64,000 nucleotides of DNA from Bacteroidota bacterium (GTDB taxonomy: Bacteria; Bacteroidota; Bacteroidia; JAKFFM01), in NCBI GenBank assembly GCA_036675075.1, contig JAKFFM010000048.1:47-64046 (forward strand), in the 5' to 3' direction. This document shows, in pieces, positions 10,138-19,167 of the stretch. The first letter of the stretch is position 1. Every line of letters begins with the position of its first letter. The notes under the pieces were generated by a model, which had not been told where the DNA came from, made no database searches, and saw only the letters and a program-made list of their open reading frames with translations. Both the position numbers and the translations under genes were made by a program.

Positions 10138-11586
10138 ATGAAAAAGACACTCCTCATGGCAATAGGACTCACCCTCCTATTGCCCTTATTTTCAAAAGCA
10201 CAAAACGAAACAGATGTGCTACGCTATTCGCAGACAACCTACGGAGGAACCGCCAGGTCTAATTCAATGGCCGGAGCGTTCGGAGCCCTTGGAGGTGATT
10301 TTTCTTCCCTGGCAACAAACCCTGCAGGTATCGCGGTTTACAGGAAATCGGAGATCACGCTGACACCAAGTTTGTATGGAGCAGCATCACGCAGCACGTT
10401 CCTCGGGAAAGAGTATAGCGACAGCAAGTATAATTTCAACTTCGGAAATTTCGGGATGGTGCTGAACTTCACAAACCAGAACGGACAGGAAGGTTTGAAG
10501 TGGAGATCTTTTTCGTTAGGCGCAGGTTACAACAGGATGAATAACTTCAATGCCAGGTACCAGATGAAAGGCGAGAATGCTTACAGTTCACTGACTGAAG
10601 CCCTGGCATCCAGGAGCAATGGATTGTATCCGAACCAGCTTGACAAGTTTGCCGATAGCCTTGCATTCTACCTGTTCCTTATCGATACTGTTCCTGGATT
10701 TACGAACAAGTATCAAAGCAATTTTCCTGGAAGATATAAGAAGATCCAGTCATACCTGAGTGAACAATCAGGTGCAATGGGTGAATGGGATATCAGCTTT
10801 GGAGGAAACTTCGCTGACCAGTTTTACATAGGAGGTACATTCGGATTTCCAAGAGTGAGCTATTCAGAAGCCAGCAGGTACCGTGAGGAAGAAGTGGATT
10901 CCATTCCTTATTTCAAAGGATATACGTTTGATCAGGGCGTCAGCACAACAGGTCGCGGATTCAATTTCAAGTTAGGAATGATCTATAAAGCTGCTGACTG
11001 GGTAAGGATTGGAGGAGCAATACATACACCTACGTTTTTCAGAATGAGCGATGCATTCAGCTCATCGATGGAAGCTGTGTTTGATGATGGAACCGCCTAT
11101 ACCGCAGATTCGCCAGATGGAAGGTTTGATTATTCGATTTCAACACCTATGAAAGCGATCGGATCACTTGGGTTTATCATTGGTGGCAAGGCGATCATTT
11201 CAGCAGATTATGAATTTGTTGATTACGCATCAGCAAGGCTTACATCCAAAAGCTATGAATTCTTTAATGAGAATGATGCAGTATCAACGAAATACAAGTC
11301 AGCTTCCAACATCAGGGTTGGCGCGGAATATCGATTCAAACTGTTCAATCTTCGTGGCGGATATGCTAATTATGGAAATCCATTCAACACGGCTGTGAAT
11401 ACAGGAAAGATTGAAAATTTCTCAGGCGGGATCGGGTTCAGACAGGAATCATTCTTTGTTGATTTTGCCTATGTGTATTCAAAATCGAAGTCAGATTTTT
11501 ATGTGTATGATCCTGATTTTATCGAGGCGGCAAGCAGAAGGATTTATAGCTCGAGCTTTATGACCACGCTTGGATTTAGGTTTTGA
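10138..11586 (+). CDS. Outer-membrane beta-barrel protein of the FadL/OmpP1 superfamily (possibly PorV-like)
   Basis: Signal peptide. The N-terminal motif LRYSQTTYGGTARSNSMAGAFGALGGDFSSLATNPAGIAV resembles the FadL N-terminal hatch consensus (G.A.AG.A...D.S....NPA.L). Alternating hydrophobic beta-strands. C-terminal ...TTLGFRF ends in an aromatic residue. Confidence 0.55.
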   Translation: MKKTLLMAIGLTLLLPLFSKAQNETDVLRYSQTTYGGTARSNSMAGAFGALGGDFSSLATNPAGIAVYRKSEITLTPSLYGAASRSTFLGKEYSDSKYNFNFGNFGMVLNFTNQNGQEGLKWRSFSLGAGYNRMNNFNARYQMKGENAYSSLTEALASRSNGLYPNQLDKFADSLAFYLFLIDTVPGFTNKYQSNFPGRYKKIQSYLSEQSGAMGEWDISFGGNFADQFYIGGTFGFPRVSYSEASRYREEEVDSIPYFKGYTFDQGVSTTGRGFNFKLGMIYKAADWVRIGGAIHTPTFFRMSDAFSSSMEAVFDDGTAYTADSPDGRFDYSISTPMKAIGSLGFIIGGKAIISADYEFVDYASARLTSKSYEFFNENDAVSTKYKSASNIRVGAEYRFKLFNLRGGYANYGNPFNTAVNTGKIENFSGGIGFRQESFFVDFAYVYSKSKSDFYVYDPDFIEAASRRIYSSSFMTTLGFRF

Positions 11587-11618
11587 ACCCGTATAGCCAG
11601 AGGATATAGTGCTCATTA

Positions 11619-11818
11619 GAGGTTTAAAGTTCAAAGTTTAAGGTTCAAAGTGGAATACGAAATGCTGCGAATTAAGTACTCATTTGGAGTTTAAAGTTCA
11701 AAGTTTAAGGTTCAAAGTGGAATACGAAATGCCGCAAATTAAGTACTCATTTGGAGTTTAAGGTTCAAAGTTTAAGGTTCAAAGTGGAATACGAAATGCC
11801 GCAAATTAAGTACTCATC
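11619..11818. repeat. Three tandem ~67-bp units (GGAGTTTAAAGTTCAAAGTTTAAGGTTCAAAGTGGAATACGAAATGCCGCAAATTAAGTACTCATTT)
   Basis: The units are near-identical and start 33 bp after the stop of the 10138..11586 gene. They are related (~85% identity over the core) to the repeat units at 17278..17724. Confidence 0.8.
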
Positions 11819-11823
11819 TTTTG

Positions 11824-11888
11824 GCTACTGGAAACTGGCAACTGGCAACTGAAAACTGAAAACTGGAAACTGCCTACTGCCTACTGCC
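11824..11888. repeat. Hexanucleotide microsatellite, ~11 x (ACTGNN): GGCTACTGGAAACTGGCAACTGGCAACTGAAAACTGAAAACTGGAAACTGCCTACTGCCTACTGCC
   Basis: Strict 6-bp periodicity of the ACTG core. A similar tract (CTGCCTACTGGCTACTGGAACTGGAACTGGCTACTG) recurs at 17606-17641. Confidence 0.8.
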
Positions 11889-11889
11889 C

Positions 11890-13320
11890 CTATCCCACCC
11901 TATGCATCCCTGCCTTGGCCTTTTGATGCAGACTGGCTTTATATTCAGGTGGATCAAGGGAAAGACACAGCTTATAGTATTTCATTGCCATTGCTTTGTC
12001 GCGCTGCTCTTCATAGATCAATCCCAACTGCAATGCCGCTGAAGCAGGAAACCAGGTCTTGCTCTCTGTATCTTTCTCCAGGGTTTTAACATAGTGATCT
12101 ATCGCTGCTGTTATTTCTTCCTTCTGATGAAGTATCCTGCCAAGGCGGTAATCATATTCTATCTTTTCAGCGCTGCCTGTCATTTTATCGGATGATGACT
12201 TCAATAATTTATATGCATCATCAAGATACCCGCCGTCAAATAATAAACGCGCTTTCAAAAGGTAAAGGTTTGGAGGAGCGTTTCTTTTGGATTCGTTCAA
12301 TGCTACTTTGTCTTCATCTGTATTAACAGAACCTCTTGTTGGAATCTGACTCAGGTAATGCTCATAAGAATTTCTATCGCCATCGATCAGCTCACACCAG
12401 GAAAGCTTAAGCAAGGCTGCTTTTACATAATTCTGACCTGTGCTCACCGAAAGAAACAACCTGAATTCTTCTGAAGCTTTTATATGCTCAAGCTTATTCA
12501 ACCATGCAATTCCATTCAGCATATGCAGGTAAGGAAAGGATGACTTATTAAGATCATTGAGCACCATCAAAGCATCACCGTTTCTGTGTCGCTTTAAAAG
12601 TGAACTGCAAATAAAAAATGCCTCCAGAGGATTTTGCTTATTCATTAATTGAATGGTCCCATCAATCTTCTCATATGCATTATCTGCATTATCAAATGTC
12701 ATCAGTGTGAAGAGGTAAAGCATCCTTGCTTCAGTTACAAATGGGTCTGTTTCCATCGTGCCTTGCATCATCACCTGCAGCTCATTTTTTCCCTGCTCCA
12801 ATGATCCTGAAATTCCAAGTAGAGATGAGATCCATTGATATTCCGGAGGAATGGAACTGATCGCAGCATGCATCACACCGAGGTATTTGTAGCTATAAAT
12901 AAATGCAGGATGCTGGCGTTTGTTTTCTGATAACAGATCCAGGCTTTTCCTGACTGCCCGGGCTCCTGAGAGGTATTCACCAAACTTCAGCTGAAGGATT
13001 CCCTGCTGAAAGTAAAGGTCTCCAAGAACCCAGCGGTTGTAAGGCGAACTGATCTTTTCATCTTCAATGATCCCAATCCTTGCGGAAACATCATCCTTTA
13101 CAGCGAGGTACTTTCTGTAATCATCACTGACATTCACCCTGACAAAATCTTTATAATTCTCTGCAAGAAGCCGGAAGTTGTTATCAGGCTCCGTGCGTTT
13201 CATCTCTGCAAGAAGTGCATCAGATTTATCGAATTCGAGATGTAATATGTGTTTTACAGCCAGCCTGGCTAGCGGTGAATCGTGTATGACCGCAAAGGAA
13301 TGATGATACCCTGCAATCAA
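11890..13320 (-). CDS. TPR-like repeat protein, probably secreted or periplasmic
   Basis: Long ORF with helical repeat content (e.g. ...AMAMKYYKLCLSLDPPEYKASLHQKA). The ORF-track start at 13452 reads through an intrinsic terminator hairpin, so the true start is more likely the in-frame TTG/hydrophobic segment FYFTLLLLIAGYHHSFAV near 13320-13338. Confidence 0.45.
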   Translation of the reverse strand: MIAGYHHSFAVIHDSPLARLAVKHILHLEFDKSDALLAEMKRTEPDNNFRLLAENYKDFVRVNVSDDYRKYLAVKDDVSARIGIIEDEKISSPYNRWVLGDLYFQQGILQLKFGEYLSGARAVRKSLDLLSENKRQHPAFIYSYKYLGVMHAAISSIPPEYQWISSLLGISGSLEQGKNELQVMMQGTMETDPFVTEARMLYLFTLMTFDNADNAYEKIDGTIQLMNKQNPLEAFFICSSLLKRHRNGDALMVLNDLNKSSFPYLHMLNGIAWLNKLEHIKASEEFRLFLSVSTGQNYVKAALLKLSWCELIDGDRNSYEHYLSQIPTRGSVNTDEDKVALNESKRNAPPNLYLLKARLLFDGGYLDDAYKLLKSSSDKMTGSAEKIEYDYRLGRILHQKEEITAAIDHYVKTLEKDTESKTWFPASAALQLGLIYEEQRDKAMAMKYYKLCLSLDPPEYKASLHQKAKAGMHRVG

Positions 13321-13340
13321 CAGAAGCAGTGTAAAATAAA

Positions 13341-13367
13341 AACGGGGACTTTTAGAGGGTCCCCGTT
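13341..13367 (-). terminator. Rho-independent terminator for the zinc-ribbon/Nif3 operon
   Basis: Hairpin AACGGGGAC-TTTTAGAGG-GTCCCCGTT followed on the minus strand by TTTATTTTAC, 22 bp downstream of the 13389 stop. Confidence 0.65.
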
Positions 13368-13388
13368 GTGTTTTATAATTCGTTAAGC

Positions 13389-14168
13389 TCAATCCTTTTT
13401 CCTGATTACTTCTCCACCAAGGAAGTTTGCATCGACAAGGATCCTTCCGCAATGTTCACAAACGATGATCTTTTTGTGGTTACGGATATCAAGCTGTGTC
13501 TGTGGCGGGATCTTGTTAAAGCATCCACCGCATGCATCACGCTCAACTGTTACCACAGCAAGACCGTTCTTTGCATTCTTACGAATTCTCTTGTATGCTG
13601 AAAGAAGACGGTCTTCGATCATTGATTCAGACTGCTTTGAACGCTTAAGAAGAGATTCTTCATCCTTCTCAGTTTCTTTAACGATCTCTTCAAGCTCTGA
13701 TTTCTTATGTTCAAGATCACTCTTTCTTTCATCAAAAAGCTTTTGTGACTGATCAAGCAATTCGCTCTTTGCAGTAATTGCCGCCTTGAATTCCTTGATA
13801 CGCTTTTCGCTCAGCTGCATTTCAAGATTCTGGAATTCGATCTCCTTATTCAAAGAATCGTATTCACGGTTATTTCTCACTTTGCCTTGCTGGCCTTCAT
13901 ATTTCTTGATCAGACCCTGAGAGTCCTTAATCGCATTTTTCTTTTCAACTACAGCATCTTCAAGAGCATTCACCTCATCAGTAAGGTTCGTGATCCGTGT
14001 TTCAAGGCCAGCGATCTCATCTTCAAGATCTCTAACTTCAAGCGGAAGCTCACCTCTGACTGTCCTGATCCTGTCGATTTCAGAATCGATCTGCTGAAGC
14101 TCATAAAGAGCTTTTAGTTTTTCCTCAACAGGAACTTCTTTTTCAATGGTTTTAGCTGTTTTCGCCAT
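13389..14168 (-). CDS. C4-type zinc-ribbon coiled-coil protein (COG1579-like, the usual partner of Nif3)
   Basis: 259 aa. Long coiled coil, then CGGCFNKIPPQTQLDIRNHKKIIVCEHCGRIL (two CxxC pairs). It lies immediately downstream of a Nif3 gene, the conserved COG0327-COG1579 pairing. Confidence 0.7.
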   Translation of the reverse strand: MAKTAKTIEKEVPVEEKLKALYELQQIDSEIDRIRTVRGELPLEVRDLEDEIAGLETRITNLTDEVNALEDAVVEKKNAIKDSQGLIKKYEGQQGKVRNNREYDSLNKEIEFQNLEMQLSEKRIKEFKAAITAKSELLDQSQKLFDERKSDLEHKKSELEEIVKETEKDEESLLKRSKQSESMIEDRLLSAYKRIRKNAKNGLAVVTVERDACGGCFNKIPPQTQLDIRNHKKIIVCEHCGRILVDANFLGGEVIRKKD

Positions 14169-14171
14169 GTT

Positions 14172-15266
14172 TTACAGATAGTATATAGGATTTGTCCTCG
14201 TTTCCGATAAACGAACCGCAAAGGTAGGAAATTTTTTTTGAACAAGCTCAGCCAGCAGGTTAACGGTAAACTGCTCACTTTCAAAATGTCCGATATCCGC
14301 AATCACAATCCGATGATCTGCATCAAAGAACTGGTGGTATTTGAAATCCGCAGTGACAAACGCGTCAGCTCCCGCACGGATCGCGTCATTCAGCAGAAAC
14401 GATCCAGAACCTCCGCAAACAGCTACTTTACTGATCTTTTTGTCTGGCAGATCCGTGTATCGCACCACTCCAGCTTTCATCTTTTCTTTCACCATCTCCA
14501 GAAAATCAATCCCTTTCATTGGTTTTTCAAGTGTCCCAACCATTCCCGCTCCTACTGACTGGTCAATATTCTCAAGACCAACCAGGTCGTAGGCAATCTC
14601 TTCGTAAGGATGCACAGACCTTACCGCAGCAAAAATCTCCGGAAACTTATAGGAAGGCAGGATCACTTCGATCTTTTCTTCTTCACCGGTGCTTCTTGTT
14701 CCAACTGTTCCAGATGCAGGATTGGCTCCGTTTAATGGTCTGAATGTTCCTGTTCCTTTATAAGTGAAGCTGCATTCATCGTAATTCCCAATATTGCCGG
14801 CTCCCGCCTGATACAAGGCTTGTCTGACAGCTTCTGCATGATCAATGGGAGAATAGATCGAGAGCTTGCTAAGCACAGACTTTTTCGCTGAAAGGATCGT
14901 AAGCCCGGTCAGTCCAAGTGTTTCGGCAATCCGCCTGTTCACCCCACCAGAAACATTGTCGAGATTTGTATGACACGCATAAAGCAACATATCATTTTTG
15001 ATTGCTTTGATCACTGTACGTTCAACATAATTGCGGCCTGTGATCTTTTTCAAACCACCGAAGATCAGTGGATGATGCGCGATGATCATATTGCAATGAT
15101 TCCTTTTCGCTTCATCAACAACCTCTTCCGTAATATCCAATGATATCAGGCAGCCGGTAATTTCCGCCGAAGGGTTTCCAACCATCAGTCCGGAATTGTC
15201 GTACGATTCCTGCAAAGCCAGCGGAGCAAATGATTCGATATGAGAGATGATCTCTTTAGCTATCAT
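14172..15266 (-). CDS. Nif3-family dinuclear metal centre protein (GTP cyclohydrolase 1 type 2 homologue)
   Basis: MIAKEIISHIESFAPLALQESYDNSGLMVGNPSAEITGCLISLDITEEVVDEAKRNHCNMIIAHHPLIFGGLKKI... is the typical Nif3/YqfO N-terminus. The start is taken at the MIAKE Met (15266) rather than the upstream Met at 15323. Confidence 0.8.
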   Translation of the reverse strand: MIAKEIISHIESFAPLALQESYDNSGLMVGNPSAEITGCLISLDITEEVVDEAKRNHCNMIIAHHPLIFGGLKKITGRNYVERTVIKAIKNDMLLYACHTNLDNVSGGVNRRIAETLGLTGLTILSAKKSVLSKLSIYSPIDHAEAVRQALYQAGAGNIGNYDECSFTYKGTGTFRPLNGANPASGTVGTRSTGEEEKIEVILPSYKFPEIFAAVRSVHPYEEIAYDLVGLENIDQSVGAGMVGTLEKPMKGIDFLEMVKEKMKAGVVRYTDLPDKKISKVAVCGGSGSFLLNDAIRAGADAFVTADFKYHQFFDADHRIVIADIGHFESEQFTVNLLAELVQKKFPTFAVRLSETRTNPIYYL

Positions 15267-15401
15267 GATTTTTGAATAAGGCTTTGAAATTACTGAATGG
15301 CTTTCAATTAAGCGCAGATGCACTGTTCATGGCTTCCTTAAACTTATTCCGCACTAACTGTCCATGGAGAATGCCTGAATGAAGGCGATCACTCAGGATG
15401 T

Positions 15402-16469
15402 TTGAAATTTAAACTTCTTAGTTTTACATGCTTGAAAAAACTTCTGCTTCCATTCTCATGGCTTTACGGAGCTGCTGTTCGTCTCAGGAATATCCTGTTT
15501 GACACCGGCATGTTCGAGAGCAGATCCTTTGAGCAACCTTTCACTATTGGAGTCGGAAATCTTTCTGCAGGAGGAACCGGAAAATCACCGCATGTTGCAT
15601 TCCTGGCTGAAGCGCTTTCAAAGAAATATAAAACAGCGATTCTGAGCCGGGGGTATCGAAGGAAAACATCCGGCTTTCGTATGGCAACTGACGCTGACAC
15701 GATGAGAAACATTGGTGATGAGCCTGTCATGTATCAATCTCGTTTCAAAGGAACGGTAGCGGTTGCTGTGTGTGAAGAACGAGTGAAGGGAGTGGAGAAG
15801 CTGATGGATGAGCTTCCAGGGCTTGAGCTGGTTATTCTTGATGATGTGTTTCAACACCGGAAGATCAGGCCACAGCTGAATATCCTGATCACAAGCTATC
15901 AGCTACCTTTTTATAAAGATTACCTGTTACCAGCGGGTTATCTGAGAGAGCCATCATCCGGAAAAAAAAGGGCGGATATCATTATTGTATCGAAATGCCC
16001 TGATGACCTTTCTGAATCTTCGAAAGAATCAATGAGAAAGAAGGTCGCTCCGGATGAAAGGCAGCTGTTGCTATTTTCCTATTACACCTATTCAGAGTTG
16101 ATTCCTGCTTACAGGAACGGACCATCTAAGCTAAAAGCAGACATCGTGCTTATCACAGGAATTGCAGATCCATCTCCATTAAAGAGGCATCTGTCAGAAA
16201 AGTATAACCTCGTGAAAACCTTTGATTTCAGTGATCATCATGAATTCTCCAAAAGTGAAATAGAAAAGATAGCAGAATATTTTAATAATATTGCCGGCTC
16301 TGAAAAGATCCTTTTAACGACCGAAAAAGACCTTACTCGTCTGAATGGACCGGATATAAAAGGAATCCTGAAAGATCTTCCACTCTATATCATACGTGTG
16401 GATGTCAGGTTTTCAGAAGAAGATAAAACACGATTAATAAAAACAATAGACACTAAGATCCATGGTTGA
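15402..16469 (+). CDS. lpxK: Tetraacyldisaccharide 4'-kinase
   Basis: GVGNLSAGGTGKSPHVAFLAEAL (P-loop) and AILSRGYRRK motifs are characteristic of LpxK. Confidence 0.85.
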   Translation: MKFKLLSFTCLKKLLLPFSWLYGAAVRLRNILFDTGMFESRSFEQPFTIGVGNLSAGGTGKSPHVAFLAEALSKKYKTAILSRGYRRKTSGFRMATDADTMRNIGDEPVMYQSRFKGTVAVAVCEERVKGVEKLMDELPGLELVILDDVFQHRKIRPQLNILITSYQLPFYKDYLLPAGYLREPSSGKKRADIIIVSKCPDDLSESSKESMRKKVAPDERQLLLFSYYTYSELIPAYRNGPSKLKADIVLITGIADPSPLKRHLSEKYNLVKTFDFSDHHEFSKSEIEKIAEYFNNIAGSEKILLTTEKDLTRLNGPDIKGILKDLPLYIIRVDVRFSEEDKTRLIKTIDTKIHG

Positions 16470-17277
16470 GCAGATCAAATCGACAGCTGATTTTTTAAAA
16501 AAGAAAACAAACTTCACTCCTGAAGTAGGAATCGTTTTAGGTACTGGTCTTGGTGGACTTGTTAAGGAGATCCAGGCAGAACATGTGATCGAATATTCGG
16601 AGATCCCGAATTTTCCGGTGTCAACAGTGGAAGGACATTCAGGCAAGCTCATCTTCGGAAAGCTTGGAGGAAGAAATGTTGTTGCGATGCAGGGACGTTT
16701 TCATTATTACGAAGGGTATGACATGAAGCAGGTGACCTTTCCGATCAGGGTCATGAAGTATCTTGGGATCAGCTACCTGTTTCTGTCGAATGCAAGTGGA
16801 GGAGTGAATCCTGATTTTGAGATCGGAGACCTGATGATCATCAATGACCATATTAATTTATTTCCGACAAATCCGCTGATAGGCAAGAACCACAATGAAC
16901 TCGGTCCACGTTTTCCTGATATGAGCGATGCGTATGATGCAACATTGGTACAGAAAGCGAAAGACATCGCAGCAGATCTCGGGATCAAAGTACAGGAAGG
17001 CGTTTATGCAGGGCTTTCGGGACCATGTTTCGAGACACCAGCTGAGTACCGTTACGTTCGTAATGTAGGTGCGGATACAGTTGGAATGTCAACAGTACCT
17101 GAAGTTATCGTTGCGAGGCATATGAAAGTTCCATGCTTTGCGATATCCATCATTACAGACCTTGGTGTACCAGGAAAGATTGTTCAGGTGACACATGAAG
17201 AAGTTCAGAAAGTCGCAGCCGAAGCCGAAACCAGGATGACAAAGCTGATGAAGGAGATGATTGGGAAGCTGGATTGA
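16462..17277 (+). CDS. punA: Purine nucleoside phosphorylase (trimeric PunA/PNP-I family)
   Basis: GIVLGTGLGGLVKEI...GHSGKLIFGKLGGRNVVAMQGRFHYYEGY...GLSGPCFETPAE...GADTVGMSTVPEV are conserved PNP-I motifs. It overlaps the lpxK stop by 8 bp. Confidence 0.85.
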   Translation: MVEQIKSTADFLKKKTNFTPEVGIVLGTGLGGLVKEIQAEHVIEYSEIPNFPVSTVEGHSGKLIFGKLGGRNVVAMQGRFHYYEGYDMKQVTFPIRVMKYLGISYLFLSNASGGVNPDFEIGDLMIINDHINLFPTNPLIGKNHNELGPRFPDMSDAYDATLVQKAKDIAADLGIKVQEGVYAGLSGPCFETPAEYRYVRNVGADTVGMSTVPEVIVARHMKVPCFAISIITDLGVPGKIVQVTHEEVQKVAAEAETRMTKLMKEMIGKLD

Positions 17278-17724
17278 ACGGGAAAGTTTCGCGTTTCGAG
17301 TTTGGGCATAGGAAATGATGCGAGAGTTTAAGGTTCAAAGTTTAATGTTTAAAGTGGCAGTCAAAATGCCGTAAGCTTAGTACTCTAAACTTTGCCAACG
17401 GGAAAGTTTCGCGTTTCGAGTTTCCTGGTTTCGAGTTTAAGCATAGGAAATGATGCGAGAGTTTAAGGTTCAAAGTTTAATGTTTAAAGTGGCAGTCGAA
17501 ATGCCGTAAGCTTAGTACTCTAAACTTTGCCAACTCAAACTAATCGAAATCACCATATCAACCTGGATGTTCCGGTGATGTACTCAATTTCCTCGCAACT
17601 GCACACTGCCTACTGGCTACTGGAACTGGAACTGGCTACTGAAAAACAGTTTAAAGAGGAAAACGAAATGCAATAAGTTAAGTACTCTACATTTTGCCAA
17701 CTGCAAACTTTGCCAACTGCAAAC
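17278..17724. repeat. Composite intergenic repeat: two ~121-135-bp tandem units (CGGGAAAGTTTCGCGTTTCGAGTTT...GAGTTTAAGGTTCAAAGTTTAATGTTTAAAGTGGCAGTCRAAATGCCGTAAGCTTAGTACTCTAAACTTTGCCAAC), an ACTGNN hexamer tract (17606-17641), a third partial unit, and a 2x TTGCCAACTGCAAAC direct repeat
   Basis: Starts at the first base after the punA stop and ends ~20 bp before the next gene's ATG. The core is ~85% identical to the 11619-11818 units. Confidence 0.8.
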
Positions 17725-17744
17725 TAATTTCCCTAAATTTATAT

Positions 17745-19121
17745 ATGCGAAAATCACTACTCCTATCCATACTTTTTCCATTCTTCCTTCAGGCTCAGAA
17801 TTCCAGCAACATCACGCTTTCCGGAACATGGGATGATGCTACAGTGATTGCTGAACCGAATTTCGGACTCCGATACAACAGCGTCTGGGGTTATAGCCAG
17901 GGCGGAAGGGAATATGCGATCATGGGCTCTACCAAAGGCACTCATATCATAGAGATCACCAACCCGGCCAATCCTGTATTACGTGATTTCATCCCCGGAA
18001 AAAGAGGAAGCTGCATCTGGAGGGAATATAAAACATACAACAACTACCTCTACCACGTGAGTGATGATGCCTCTCCGAACTCCCTGCAGATCATGGATCT
18101 CTCCTATCTTCCGGATTCTGTCAGCCTGGTTTATAATTCAAGCTCACTGGTTGAACGCGCTCACACGATCTTTATCGATGGAAACAAAATGTACCTCGCT
18201 GTTCCAAAAGGCGGTGCAGGAAATTTCGCCATGGCGGTCTATAGCCTTGCCAACCCTGCCCAACCTACACTTCTAAGAACACTGAACCAGGACTACAGCA
18301 ACATCGGAACTGTCCATGATATGTTTGTTCGCAATGATACCATCTATGCATCCGCAGCGAACCAGGGCCTACACATATACAAGCTCAACAGCTCATTCCA
18401 CTTCGAGCTGCTTGCATCTTATACAACCTATCCTGATGCGGGATACAATCACAGCTCGGCTTTAACAGAGAACGGACGTGTGCTTGTATTTGCAGATGAA
18501 GTGCCTGCCAACCTGAAGCTCAAAGCGATCGATGTGACTGATCTCACCAATGTGACTCTGCTCGATACATTCCAGTCAACAGGTTCTGCAACACCACACA
18601 ATCCTTACATCAAAGGGAATGACAGAGTTGTTGTAGCTTATTACAAAGACGGCTTGCAGATCTTTGACATCTCTGACCCAACGAACATTACCCGAACAGG
18701 ATTCTACGACACCAATCCGAACAATGATGGAGCAAATCCGAACTACCAAGGATGCTGGGGTGCTTACATCCATTTGCCGAGCGGAAGGATCCTGGCCAGC
18801 GATATGCAAAAAGGTCTGTTCATTCTTGATGCTACATCCGCATTAACAATCAAAACACCAGAAAAGCATCTTCCTGAACCTGTCGTTTACCCTGTTCCAT
18901 TTGGTGATATGCTGAACATTGACTTTGAAGGACGTTCAACACGGAATGCAGTGGTGTCACTCTACGACATGAGCGGCAAGCTTGTTCTCGCCTCTGAGAA
19001 AGAGAATTTTAAAGGAACGAACCGCATTTCTTTAAGCACAAAAGATCTCTCCCCAGGCTTTTACATCATGAAACTGAATGATGGGGAGGAGGAGCACAAC
19101 AGGAAAGTGATCAGGTACTGA
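17745..19121 (+). CDS. LVIVD-repeat beta-propeller protein with a T9SS C-terminal sorting domain
   Basis: Signal peptide MRKSLLLSILFPFFLQAQ (start at 17745, after the repeat region). Repeated G(L/T)HI.(E/D).(T/S).P..P segments (THIIEITNPANPV, GLHIYKLNS, LKAIDVTDLTNV, GLQIFDISDPTNI, GLFILDATS) match the LVIVD repeat. The C-terminus ...VVSLYDMSGKLVLASEKENFKGTNRISLSTKDLSPGFYIMKL is T9SS CTD-like. Confidence 0.6.
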   Translation: MRKSLLLSILFPFFLQAQNSSNITLSGTWDDATVIAEPNFGLRYNSVWGYSQGGREYAIMGSTKGTHIIEITNPANPVLRDFIPGKRGSCIWREYKTYNNYLYHVSDDASPNSLQIMDLSYLPDSVSLVYNSSSLVERAHTIFIDGNKMYLAVPKGGAGNFAMAVYSLANPAQPTLLRTLNQDYSNIGTVHDMFVRNDTIYASAANQGLHIYKLNSSFHFELLASYTTYPDAGYNHSSALTENGRVLVFADEVPANLKLKAIDVTDLTNVTLLDTFQSTGSATPHNPYIKGNDRVVVAYYKDGLQIFDISDPTNITRTGFYDTNPNNDGANPNYQGCWGAYIHLPSGRILASDMQKGLFILDATSALTIKTPEKHLPEPVVYPVPFGDMLNIDFEGRSTRNAVVSLYDMSGKLVLASEKENFKGTNRISLSTKDLSPGFYIMKLNDGEEEHNRKVIRY

Positions 19122-19167
19122 TACATCCTACCATACAGCCATTTTTTGTAACTTTCGCTCCTGCAAA

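Noticed and set aside
11619-11818. Short peptide ORFs inside the 67-bp repeats (ATG CCG CAA ATT AAG TAC TCA TTT GGA GTT TAA, giving MPQIKYSFGV)
   Set aside because: The reading frame is not conserved in the related copy at 17278-17724, where ATG CCG is followed directly by TAA. A peptide-coding function is therefore unlikely, and an RNA or DNA-level element is favoured.
13321-13452. N-terminal extension of the TPR-protein ORF (MRKDPCRCKLPWWRSNQEKGLSLTNYKTQRGPSKSPR...)
   Set aside because: This stretch reads through the intrinsic terminator hairpin of the upstream operon and overlaps the 3' end of the zinc-ribbon gene. A downstream start near 13320-13338, preceding a hydrophobic signal-like segment, is more plausible.
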